A stretch of DNA of 42,536 nt from Parcubacteria group bacterium. Its GTDB lineage: Bacteria; Patescibacteriota; Minisyncoccia; Phycocordibacterales; Phycocordibacteraceae. Positions 7,705-16,665 of this stretch are shown piece by piece. The position numbers and the translations under genes were made by a program. The stretch covers positions 1-42,536 of the forward strand of contig JAQBRE010000007.1 of assembly GCA_028286605.1 (NCBI GenBank), written 5' to 3'. A model generated the notes under the pieces. It worked only from the letters and a program-made list of their open reading frames with translations. It was not told the DNA's origin and made no database searches. Every line of letters starts with the position of its first letter. The first letter of the stretch is position 1.

Positions 7705-9585
7705 ATGGATAATCCCGAACGGGTAACGTACTTTGCAGCAACAGATTCGCGCGGAAAGCGCGTGCCGTTTGGCTTGAAAGCGAAGGACCGTAATCGCCAC
7801 ATGTACGTGATCGGCAAGACGGGCATGGGTAAGTCGACGCTGCTTGAGAACATGGCGGTGCAGGATATTCGCAATGGCGAGGGATTGGCGTTCATCGATC
7901 CGCACGGTAGCGCCGTTGAGAAGCTGCTGGAATACGTGCCGGAGCATCGCTTGAAAGACGTAGTCTATTTCGCTCCGTTCGACCTCGACCAGCCGATCGC
8001 CTTCAACATCATGGAAGATGTGGGCTACGACAAGCGCCACCTCGTGGTGTCCGGCCTCATGGCGACGTTCAAGAAGATATGGGAAGACGCATGGAGCGCG
8101 CGTATGGAGTACATCCTTACCAACACGCTGCTCGCATTGCTTGAGTATCCGGGCGCCACGCTGCTTGGCGTGAACCGCATGTATACCGATAAGGCATACC
8201 GCAAGAAGGTGGTGGATAACATCAAGGACCCGGTGGTGAAGGATTTCTGGACGAAAGAATTCGCGAACTATGGCGACCGGTACACTCAGGAAGCGACGCC
8301 GGCGATTCAGAATAAGATCGGACAGTTCACGAGCAATCCGCTCATTCGCAATATCATCGGACAGGAAAAATCTTCCTTCGATATCCGTGAGCTGATGGAT
8401 GGCAAGAAGATATTACTCATCAATCTTTCAAAAGGACTGGTGGGTGATACGAACATGCGCCTGCTTGGCTCGATGCTAACGACGCGTATTTTCCTTGGCG
8501 CGATGAGCCGCGCGGAACTGGACCCGGGAGCGCTCCAGGCCAGCGTGCCGTTCTATTTCTATGTGGACGAATTTCAGAACTTCGCGAACGAGACATTCGC
8601 TGAGATTCTTTCCGAGGCTCGTAAATATAATCTGAACCTTATAATCGCGCACCAATACGTGGAGCAGATGGAGGAGCAGGTGCGTGCCGCCGTGTTCGGC
8701 AACGTAGGTACGACCGTCGCGTTCCGTGTGGGCCCATTCGATGCGGAAGTGCTGGAGACCGTGTTCAGTCCTGAATTCATGAAAGAGGATCTCGTGAACC
8801 TTGGCGCGTATCAGCTCTATCTTTCGCTGATGATCGACGGCGTGGGTTCTCGCCCCTTCTCTGCGACCACGATTCCTCCTATCGAAGTGCCGGCACGATC
8901 GTTCAAGAAAGAAGTGATAGAGATGTCACGACAGCAGTTCGGCAATGTGCGTGCTGGCATCGAGGAATCTATCCTTACCGAGCTCAATTCAACAGAAGGG
9001 GAAAACGGGCCGCCGGAACCGCCTGCAAAGAAAAACTATTCAAAAGCGCCAAGCAGTTCAGGTTCAAACTCAGGCTCAAGCGCACCGCGTGCTTCAACGC
9101 CACGGCCGACTGAAACCCGTACACCGCGCAGCGATGAGAATCGCGTGCCGCGCCCGAGCAGCGATCGTCCTGCGCGCGCGAATGATGATAGACCGCGCCC
9201 AAGCGAAGAGCGTCCGCGGCGCGTTGATGCGCCTCGGCCGCAGCAACCGCAAGAAGAACGCCCGCGTGCTTCAACGCCACGTCCTGCTGAGAATCGCGCA
9301 CCGCAGCAGACCCCGCAGAAATCTTCAGAAGACCTGAAAGCGATCCTTCGTGGCATGTCGGAATCTGCAGCGAAAGATAAACAGCAGTCGAAGCCGCAGC
9401 CGAAAGATGGCCCGAGTCCTCTTAAGGGCGCGCTCGCTGATGTACTTAAGAAGGACACGTCCGTGAGCGAGCCGATGCCCGCTCCGGCGCCGAAGGCGCC
9501 GGCCCAACCACAAGCCGAACCAGCAGCTGGTCCGTACGAAGTTCCTGAAGAAACATTACGTTCGCTCTTCCGCGACGGGAAGTAA
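7705..9585 (+). CDS. VirD4/TraG/TrwB-like (HerA-FtsK superfamily) ATPase with disordered C-terminal tail
   Basis: RHMYVIGKTGMGKS (Walker A), FIDPHG, YVDEFQNF (Walker B), LSEARKY, AHQY. The last ~190 aa are Pro/Arg/Ser-rich. TATAAT lies 7 nt before the ATG. Confidence 0.88.
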   Translation: MDNPERVTYFAATDSRGKRVPFGLKAKDRNRHMYVIGKTGMGKSTLLENMAVQDIRNGEGLAFIDPHGSAVEKLLEYVPEHRLKDVVYFAPFDLDQPIAFNIMEDVGYDKRHLVVSGLMATFKKIWEDAWSARMEYILTNTLLALLEYPGATLLGVNRMYTDKAYRKKVVDNIKDPVVKDFWTKEFANYGDRYTQEATPAIQNKIGQFTSNPLIRNIIGQEKSSFDIRELMDGKKILLINLSKGLVGDTNMRLLGSMLTTRIFLGAMSRAELDPGALQASVPFYFYVDEFQNFANETFAEILSEARKYNLNLIIAHQYVEQMEEQVRAAVFGNVGTTVAFRVGPFDAEVLETVFSPEFMKEDLVNLGAYQLYLSLMIDGVGSRPFSATTIPPIEVPARSFKKEVIEMSRQQFGNVRAGIEESILTELNSTEGENGPPEPPAKKNYSKAPSSSGSNSGSSAPRASTPRPTETRTPRSDENRVPRPSSDRPARANDDRPRPSEERPRRVDAPRPQQPQEERPRASTPRPAENRAPQQTPQKSSEDLKAILRGMSESAAKDKQQSKPQPKDGPSPLKGALADVLKKDTSVSEPMPAPAPKAPAQPQAEPAAGPYEVPEETLRSLFRDGK

Positions 9586-9672
9586 GGTGAAACTTTTTCA
9601 CTCGCCCATGCGTAGTAATGAGTGAAGAGATTACCCGACGCTAACGAGCCTTTACATGATTCGAGCATAGAT

Positions 9673-9709
9673 GGCCCATCCAGCTGCATAGAATGCAGCT
9701 GGATGGGCC
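9673..9709. repeat. Perfect 17-bp inverted repeat without U-tract
   Basis: GGCCCATCCAGCTGCAT-AGA-ATGCAGCTGGATGGGCC, ending 6 nt before TATACT (9716-9721). Confidence 0.9.
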
Positions 9710-9733
9710 GCTTGCTATACTGTCCGTACCACT

Positions 9734-10579
9734 ATGTCTAAACTCATCCTTGTTACCGGAGGCGCCGGCTTCATCGGTTCGCACCTCTGCGAACGCCTTG
9801 TGGCCGAAGGAAACACGGTTATATCTCTCGATAACTACTTCACCGGTTCACGCGAGAATCCCGTCGCGGGCGTGGAATATCGCGAAGGGCACACGAAGGA
9901 CATAGCAGCACTTATTCCAGAAACTCCGGACCTCGTATATCATCTTGGCGAATATTCGCGCGTCGAGAAAAGTCTGGAAGAGCCTGCGCTCGTGTGGGAC
10001 CTGAACAAAGCCGGTACGTTCGCTGTCGCAGAATTCTGTCGCACGAAGAAGGTGAAGATGCTCTATGCAGGTTCATCGACGAAGTTCGGCGATGGCGGCC
10101 TCGGTCGTGATCAGAGTCCGTATGCATGGACGAAAGCCACGAATACCGAACTCGTGCGTAACTATGGTGCATGGTACGGCATGAAGTATGCGATAACGTA
10201 TTTCTATAATGTGTACGGTCCGGGTGAGCGTGCAGGCTCATACGGAACCGTGATCGAGATATTCCGCCAGAAGCGGCTCGCAGGCGAGCCGCTCAGTGTT
10301 ACTGCGCCTGGCACGCAGAAGCGTAACTTCACGCATGTCGATGACATAATCGATGGTCTTATGCTTGTGGGTGCGAATGGCGAAGGAGATGAGTTCGGTA
10401 TCGGTAATGAGAAAGCGTATTCGATACTGGAAGTCGCGCAGCTATTCGGAAGCGAGATAGTCATGCGTCCGGAAGTGGCAGGGAATCGCATGGGCTCAGA
10501 TATCGATACGAGCAAGACACGCCTGCTCGGCTGGGAACCGAAGCGCAATTTAGAGGAGTATATCCGCGCGACTGCGTAA
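9734..10579 (+). CDS. NAD-dependent epimerase/dehydratase (extended SDR)
   Basis: LVTGGAGFIGSHL, SPYAWTK (YxxxK), FYNVYGP, RNFTHVDD. Confidence 0.92.
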   Translation: MSKLILVTGGAGFIGSHLCERLVAEGNTVISLDNYFTGSRENPVAGVEYREGHTKDIAALIPETPDLVYHLGEYSRVEKSLEEPALVWDLNKAGTFAVAEFCRTKKVKMLYAGSSTKFGDGGLGRDQSPYAWTKATNTELVRNYGAWYGMKYAITYFYNVYGPGERAGSYGTVIEIFRQKRLAGEPLSVTAPGTQKRNFTHVDDIIDGLMLVGANGEGDEFGIGNEKAYSILEVAQLFGSEIVMRPEVAGNRMGSDIDTSKTRLLGWEPKRNLEEYIRATA

Positions 10580-11799
10580 TGCCTATGAAGAAGATACTAA
10601 TCTTCTCGCTCAATTATTATCCGCGTTTCATCGGCGGAGCAGAGGTCGCTATAAAGGAGATTACGGATCGCATTGCGCCCGAGGAAATCGAATTTCATAT
10701 GATAACGCTTCGCTTCGATTCGAATCTCCCGAAGATTGAGAAGATCGGAAATGTGCTCGTACATCGTATCGGTTTCGCGAAGCCAGATGCGACGATCGCT
10801 GAGCTGAAAAAGTTTCCGCTGCACCTGAATAAATATTTCTATCAGTTCTTCGCAGCGAATTATGCAGCGAAGCTGCACCGGCAGCATCACTATGACGCTA
10901 CATGGGCAATGATGGCGCACTCGTGTGCGATACCTGCAGGCATCTTCAAGAAACGATACCCGAACGTAAAATATCTTTTGACGCTGCAGGAGGGAGATCC
11001 GCCTGAGTATATCGAACGGATGATGAAACCAGTCTGGTGGCTTTTCAAAGAAGGCTTCACGCGCGCTGATGCACTGCAGCCGATTTCGAATTTTCTGCTG
11101 GCATGGGGAAAGCGAATGGGGTTCGTGGGTACGGCTGATGTGATACCGAACGCGGTTGATACGAAGAAGTTCGGGGCTACGTTTCCTTTCGATGCGATTG
11201 CTGCAATGAAAGAGAAGCTTGGTAAGAAAGAGGGTGATACATTCCTTGTAACCACGTCGCGTCTCGTGCATAAGAATGCAGTGGACGACGTGATACGCAC
11301 GCTCCCGCTTCTTTCGGAGAATGTATCCTTTCTTATATATGGAATCGGACCGGATGAAGCGAAACTACGCGCACTTGCGAACGAGCTTGGAGTGGAATCA
11401 CGCGCACGCTTCATGGGGCAGATCGCGCATGCTGAGATGCCGCTGATGCTTGCGAGCTGTGATATTTTTATCCGCGCATCACGCTCGGAGGGAATGGGGA
11501 ATTCATTCCTTGAGGCTATGGCGGCAGGGCTTCCGGTTATCGCAACGCAGGAAGGAGGTATCGCAGATTTCCTATTCGATGCAGAATGTAACCCGGCCCA
11601 GCAGCCGACGGGGTGGGCAGTAGACGCTGATGCGCCGGATCAGATCGCGCACAAGGTTGAGAAGATACGCGCGTCGCCGGAGGCGACGCGCACGACCGTC
11701 GCGAATGCCCGTGCGATGGTCTTCTCAAAATATGATTGGGACACAATCGCTGCAGACATGAAAAATCTCTTTTATGAAGTGCTGAGCCCTGCTTCATGA
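10579..11799 (+). CDS. Glycosyltransferase family 4
   Basis: GGAE, VIPNAVD, SRLVHKN, SRSEGMGNSFLEAMAAGLPVIAT. Confidence 0.93.
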   Translation: MPMKKILIFSLNYYPRFIGGAEVAIKEITDRIAPEEIEFHMITLRFDSNLPKIEKIGNVLVHRIGFAKPDATIAELKKFPLHLNKYFYQFFAANYAAKLHRQHHYDATWAMMAHSCAIPAGIFKKRYPNVKYLLTLQEGDPPEYIERMMKPVWWLFKEGFTRADALQPISNFLLAWGKRMGFVGTADVIPNAVDTKKFGATFPFDAIAAMKEKLGKKEGDTFLVTTSRLVHKNAVDDVIRTLPLLSENVSFLIYGIGPDEAKLRALANELGVESRARFMGQIAHAEMPLMLASCDIFIRASRSEGMGNSFLEAMAAGLPVIATQEGGIADFLFDAECNPAQQPTGWAVDADAPDQIAHKVEKIRASPEATRTTVANARAMVFSKYDWDTIAADMKNLFYEVLSPAS

Positions 11800-11830
11800 A
11801 GCGACAAAGCAATCTTTAAATAGCGTACAC

Positions 11831-11870
11831 AAAAATGAACGCCGCCCCGAAAGGGCGGCGTTCATTTTTT
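11831..11870. terminator. Bidirectional-type intrinsic terminator
   Basis: AAAAATGAACGCCGCCC-CGAAA-GGGCGGCGTTCATTTTT. Confidence 0.9.
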
Positions 11871-11976
11871 GCTCATGCCCTATACGTAAAATAGTTTTTA
11901 CGCGCAGAACGCTGAGGTCGGTTGAGCATCGCGCAGGGCGCAATTATTTATTTCGAAACTTTACTTAACACTCGTA

Positions 11977-13164
11977 ATGAAAATCAGTATGAAAATCTTA
12001 AAAGTTATACCTTCGATTCTTGCAATGCTTGGCATGCTCGCATTCGGCGCTCCTGCAGCATTCGCATCGACCATCAGCGTAGACAACAGCGGTAGCGCGA
12101 CGGTCACGAACTCAATTAATATCACCGCACACACCGGCGGCAACACTTCACACGGAGGTGCGTCAGGAACCGGCGGCATGGGTGGCAGCGCTACAAGCAT
12201 GAGCGGCGGCGTCGCTAGCGGAGGCACGGGCGGCTACGGCGGCTTTGGCGGTAACGGCGGCAGCATCACGACAGGTGCCGCTACCGGCGATGTCTCTATC
12301 GGAAACGATGTGAACACCACAGATACAGAGATCAGCGACACCGGCTCTGCAAATGAATTCAACACGAGCCTCGACACGTCTTCGGATGTTGGCGCTTCTC
12401 AGAACGCATCGATGAATGATGCAGCAAGCCACAGCGATCATTCGTCAACGGCTAACAGCACATCGAACACGAACGCTGCCTCGAATCAGGCAGGACAGGC
12501 AGCATCGTCTGCATCTCAGAGCGGTTCGAACAGCTCAGCTACCGATAACGGCGGTAGCTCGAATTCGAGCAACGCAAGCAACTCGTCGAGCGGAAATACC
12601 GCTTCGACAACGAACAATAGCGCAGCTCAGAATGCTTCCGCTTCCAACACGGATAACGGCAGCAGCGCGAATTCCGCGAGCTCGACCGCAGCGAACAGCA
12701 GCTCTAACTCGAACAGTTCTGCTTCACAGAACGCTTCTGCAAGCACGAGCAACTCGACACAGAATGCAGTAGACAATTCCGCAAGCGATTCAGCTTCTAG
12801 TGCATCTGCAAATCACAACGTAACGTCACTTCACTTCACGCGCACGTACGTCGGCGGCACTGATTCTGTAGTCGTGCATAACGGTGCTACGTCTAACGTA
12901 AGCAATGGCGCTTCGTTCGATGCATCAACAGGCAACAACACCTCGACGGGTGCAGCTGGTTCTAATGGTGGAAACGGCGGTACGGGAACTTCCTTCGGAA
13001 ATACCACGGCGACGACCACTCAGAACGGCGCATCTTCCGGTGCAAACGGCGGTGCAGGTGGTGACGGAGGCGTGGGTGGAATGATTTCTACCGGCGCATC
13101 TGCTCTTCACACGAATCTCGTTACCAGCTCTGGCTGGACTGTAACGCACATCACGCACTCATAA
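11977..13164 (+). CDS. Secreted Ser/Asn/Gly-rich repeat protein
   Basis: Signal peptide ending AAFA. Two A.V.N.....A.TG.N...I.TG.A units flank a low-complexity S/N/A tract. No TM anchor. Confidence 0.85.
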   Translation: MKISMKILKVIPSILAMLGMLAFGAPAAFASTISVDNSGSATVTNSINITAHTGGNTSHGGASGTGGMGGSATSMSGGVASGGTGGYGGFGGNGGSITTGAATGDVSIGNDVNTTDTEISDTGSANEFNTSLDTSSDVGASQNASMNDAASHSDHSSTANSTSNTNAASNQAGQAASSASQSGSNSSATDNGGSSNSSNASNSSSGNTASTTNNSAAQNASASNTDNGSSANSASSTAANSSSNSNSSASQNASASTSNSTQNAVDNSASDSASSASANHNVTSLHFTRTYVGGTDSVVVHNGATSNVSNGASFDASTGNNTSTGAAGSNGGNGGTGTSFGNTTATTTQNGASSGANGGAGGDGGVGGMISTGASALHTNLVTSSGWTVTHITHS

Positions 13165-13175
13165 TAGAGTCTCTC

Positions 13176-13201
13176 GAAAACAGGAGTTAACTCCTGTTTT
13201 C
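13176..13201. terminator. Perfect 26-bp palindrome; likely terminator or attenuator between the two surface-protein genes
   Basis: GAAAACAGGAG-TTAA-CTCCTGTTTTC. Confidence 0.65.
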
Positions 13202-13277
13202 AGATATGGCTTTCTTCGCAGGAGGGCATATGTGAAAACAGGCAGAAAAGTTATTACACGCGCTAGCACCCTTACTC

Positions 13278-15818
13278 ATGACACTTCCTAGACTCAGTCG
13301 CACTATCGCGCTCGTGCTTATGGTCACGCTGGTCGGCAGCTCATTCGCCGGAGCGTTTCCACGTTCTGCGTATGCAGACGATGGTGGCAGTGATGCAGGA
13401 GGTGCACCCGCCATATCTGCTCCAGCGTCCGACCCCGCACCTGCAGCGACTGATTCAGCTCCAGCAACAACCGACCCTTCACCTCCTGCGAATACTATTG
13501 CAGCGGATACGTCAGCGACAGATACGCCTGCGGCGAATACGGAAATCGCTGCGAGCACAGCGAGCAGCACGCCTGGTACTTCTCCTGTAGATACTGCAGT
13601 GGTGACCGTAGATTCGGGCGCGCCTTCCGTACCTTCAGCTCCAAGCGGTGACAGTATCGCGACCACATCTTCTACCGAAGCAGCGAATACTGTTTCTACC
13701 ATTGCTTCTACAACGCAGCGGATCGTAGACACGATTGCTTCGAGTACCGGAACGACTACAACGCCGATAATTCAGTCCGGTGAAGCTGTCGCTGTCGCGA
13801 ACATTCTTAATATCGTGAATACGAACATCGTGAACTCGCAGGGCGCTGTCGTTCTGGGAAACTATTTCAATACTGCCACCAGTACTATCGATCTTCGTTC
13901 CAGCAATCCGTTTGGTGCGCTTGCCTGTGATCTTCTTTCCTGCGACAGCGGTGGAATCACGGTGAATGTAGGAAGTAACGCATCTATCGATAATGCGGTC
14001 GCGCTTTCTGCGGATTCCGGGGGCAACAATATAACCAGTAATACCAACGGCGTCATCAATACCGGAAATGCCTTCGCCGGCCTCAATCTGATAAATCTTG
14101 CGAATATGAATATCATCGATTCGAATTATCTGCTCGTCACGCTGAACGCCTTTCAGGGAATTAACGGTGATATCGTTTTCCCGAGTCTTACGAATTTCCT
14201 GAGCTCGCTCGCGCAAGGCGGTAATGGCGGATCATTCTCGGCGGACTCGACCGCTAACGTGCAGAACAATATAACGACGAATGCCGATTCAGGAAGTAAC
14301 AGCACAGACGCGGCTTCGTCTACCATCGCCACCGGCTCAGCACAAAGTTCGGGTAGCGTCTTCAATCGCATCAATGCCGCAAGCATCGGTGGCGGGAATG
14401 TCTCGATACTATTTCGCGTACAGGGTAATTGGGCAGGACAGATATTCGATGCGCCTGCAGGATTGAACTGGACGCGCGGAGCTGACGGCAGCATTCTTCT
14501 GTTCGGTGACCCGGGTTCAACGGGTACCGGTGCTGATCTTTCCAATACGAATATCACCGGCAGTACTACTGCGCATATTAATAACAATGTAAGTGTCACG
14601 GCGCTTACGGGCGACAATCATGCGGATGTTGCTGGCTCTGCACTCATTACGACGGGGAACGCGCTTGCGAGCGCGAATGTAGTGAATGTGGCGAACACGA
14701 ACGTTGTCGGTAAGAACTGGATTCTTGCGGTAGTGAATATCTTCGGCGATTTCAACGGCAACATCGCTTTCGGTCGCCCCGACCTATGGGTGGGGGAACA
14801 AGTTAGTACGCCCTCCTTCATTCAGAATGGCAGCCAGGTTACGTACAAATATTCGGTGATAAATAACGGTGATTCCAATGCGTCTGATGCGACCCTCACG
14901 GATACGCAGGATCTTGCTCATCTTGATATCTCGAATCCATCTGTGCCCTATACGACAGACGCGAACGGTCACTTGGTGTGGCAGCTCGGTGCGATTCCGG
15001 CAGGACGGGCAGTAGAAGTTACGTATCAGGCAACGGTTAAAGATTCGCCACCAGGCACCGCGATAACGAATTCAGTTACGGTGGGTGAGCACGAGACCGA
15101 TAACAACACGGTAGATAATACCGACACCGCAACCATCAATGCTTCTGAGCCGTCATTCAGCAGCCTCTCTTCAGCTTCCTTCGCGAACGATCTCGACCTT
15201 CATATCAAGGATAATAATCTCACTACAGCAGTTCCTGATCTTTCGAATATCACCGTTGAGCGTGGTGCTGCAACGACGACGATTTCGCGCGGCCATCAGG
15301 CACATGAAACGCTGACCGTTCGCAACGGTGGTTCTGCAGCGTCGCCAGCGCTTACGCTGCATGACATCATGCGCGATCCTTCCGGCACGATGATTCAGGA
15401 TCAGTCCGGATCGATCGGCGTACTTCAGCCGGGCGATGCCGTGACTATTGGATACGACCTCGCGTTTGCAGACGACGCGCCCGCAGGAACCTATGCGCTT
15501 ACCACCGTACTTTCTGCAGGTGACATGAGCGCCGCTGCGAACGATAACGGTACGCTCATATTGCAGGGCGCAGCGACAGGCGCGAAGGGCAGTGCAACCA
15601 AATCCGGAACGAAGTTTGATTCCGTGGGTTCGATTGCTGCAACGGTCGCGGGTTCGCTTACGACTAAGGTAGCGCATGCGTCTGATGGCAGCTTGGCAGC
15701 AGGGGCCGGCTTCGCCGGCATCTCCTGGCAGCTCGGCCTGATACTCTTCGTTCTGATTGCGCTTGCGCTTGGTCTCGGAACCACAGCCTTACGTATGCGC
15801 CGAACGCGCTCATCCTAG
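13278..15818 (+). CDS. Large membrane-anchored surface protein with Asn/Thr/Gly repeats, DUF11-like and second Ig-like domain
   Basis: Signal peptide (AYA/DD), P/A/T linker, about four TG.N...I.TG.A...N..N.N repeats, DUF11 pattern (VTYKYSVINNG..LVWQLGAIP..DN), C-terminal TM and basic tail. Confidence 0.88.
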   Translation: MTLPRLSRTIALVLMVTLVGSSFAGAFPRSAYADDGGSDAGGAPAISAPASDPAPAATDSAPATTDPSPPANTIAADTSATDTPAANTEIAASTASSTPGTSPVDTAVVTVDSGAPSVPSAPSGDSIATTSSTEAANTVSTIASTTQRIVDTIASSTGTTTTPIIQSGEAVAVANILNIVNTNIVNSQGAVVLGNYFNTATSTIDLRSSNPFGALACDLLSCDSGGITVNVGSNASIDNAVALSADSGGNNITSNTNGVINTGNAFAGLNLINLANMNIIDSNYLLVTLNAFQGINGDIVFPSLTNFLSSLAQGGNGGSFSADSTANVQNNITTNADSGSNSTDAASSTIATGSAQSSGSVFNRINAASIGGGNVSILFRVQGNWAGQIFDAPAGLNWTRGADGSILLFGDPGSTGTGADLSNTNITGSTTAHINNNVSVTALTGDNHADVAGSALITTGNALASANVVNVANTNVVGKNWILAVVNIFGDFNGNIAFGRPDLWVGEQVSTPSFIQNGSQVTYKYSVINNGDSNASDATLTDTQDLAHLDISNPSVPYTTDANGHLVWQLGAIPAGRAVEVTYQATVKDSPPGTAITNSVTVGEHETDNNTVDNTDTATINASEPSFSSLSSASFANDLDLHIKDNNLTTAVPDLSNITVERGAATTTISRGHQAHETLTVRNGGSAASPALTLHDIMRDPSGTMIQDQSGSIGVLQPGDAVTIGYDLAFADDAPAGTYALTTVLSAGDMSAAANDNGTLILQGAATGAKGSATKSGTKFDSVGSIAATVAGSLTTKVAHASDGSLAAGAGFAGISWQLGLILFVLIALALGLGTTALRMRRTRSS

Positions 15819-15834
15819 ATAAGATACAAGATTT

Positions 15835-16587
15835 CTAAGTCTTTTCTAAAAGAGCAATCGAGCGGCTGGCGCTGATAGGCCTGATAGTACTTCTATATCC
15901 TCTGAATAACGTAAGGAATGTCTCTAAGTCTGCTCCCATGAGATCGTAATGCAATTCACCAATGAATATTCTTGGAGCCTGCCTTCGCTTGCTCGAAGAG
16001 AACATACGATACTCAGCACCTTCAATATCAAACTTCACGACATCGACCGGATCTTTCAGAATTGAATCGAGCAGAATTGACCTTACCTGGATCTTCTTTG
16101 AATTCTTGCGCTCGTAGATAGAAGATGCAATTGAAGACTGAGAAGCATAAAAGTCTATCGTTCCTTCCGTATCAGAAACAGCAGCGTTTATGCAGGATAC
16201 ATTCTTGATTGAATCCATGTTTTTCTCGAGGACAGCGAAGTTTCCTGGCTCAGGCTCGTATACCGTTATGTGCGCCTGCGGATACTTCGATGCAAAAAAT
16301 AACGTCGCGGTACCGATGTGGCCGCCGATGTCGATAATAGTCTTTAGAGAATCTCCGTTGAAATTATATTCTTTATCGACGAACACTTCGTGCAGCGCAG
16401 CGATGTCTGCCGCGTCTCGCAAGTAGAAAGCATATTTGTTCTTACTAATGTACAAATGTACCTTGCGCGGCTTACGGCCAAGAGTCTTTTTTCTGAGCGG
16501 AATCGAAATCAGAGAAAGAAAAAGCAAAGGGGGGGTTTTGCCCCCTAAAGCTTTTGCTATGGACCAGTAGGAGATTATTGTTCGCAT
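15835..16587 (-). CDS. FkbM family methyltransferase
   Basis: IIDIGGHIG, YEPEPGN, AAVSD, VVKFDIEGAEY. Start reassigned to MRTII at 16587 to avoid overlap with the next GT. Confidence 0.9.
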   Translation of the reverse strand: MRTIISYWSIAKALGGKTPPLLFLSLISIPLRKKTLGRKPRKVHLYISKNKYAFYLRDAADIAALHEVFVDKEYNFNGDSLKTIIDIGGHIGTATLFFASKYPQAHITVYEPEPGNFAVLEKNMDSIKNVSCINAAVSDTEGTIDFYASQSSIASSIYERKNSKKIQVRSILLDSILKDPVDVVKFDIEGAEYRMFSSSKRRQAPRIFIGELHYDLMGADLETFLTLFRGYRSTIRPISASRSIALLEKT

Positions 16588-16665
16588 AGAAGTGTGTCTT
16601 TGGCAGAAGTATATCAGTTCGGTGTCTGAAACCTCAGGCGGCGCGGGCTGGTACAATGAATATAT

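Noticed and set aside
7705-9585. Conjugative element or ICE
   Set aside because: No relaxase, VirB4, integrase or att-like repeats are visible in the window.
13187-13732. 181-aa minus-strand ORF
   Set aside because: Antisense to the low-complexity linker of the surface protein, where stops are rare by composition.
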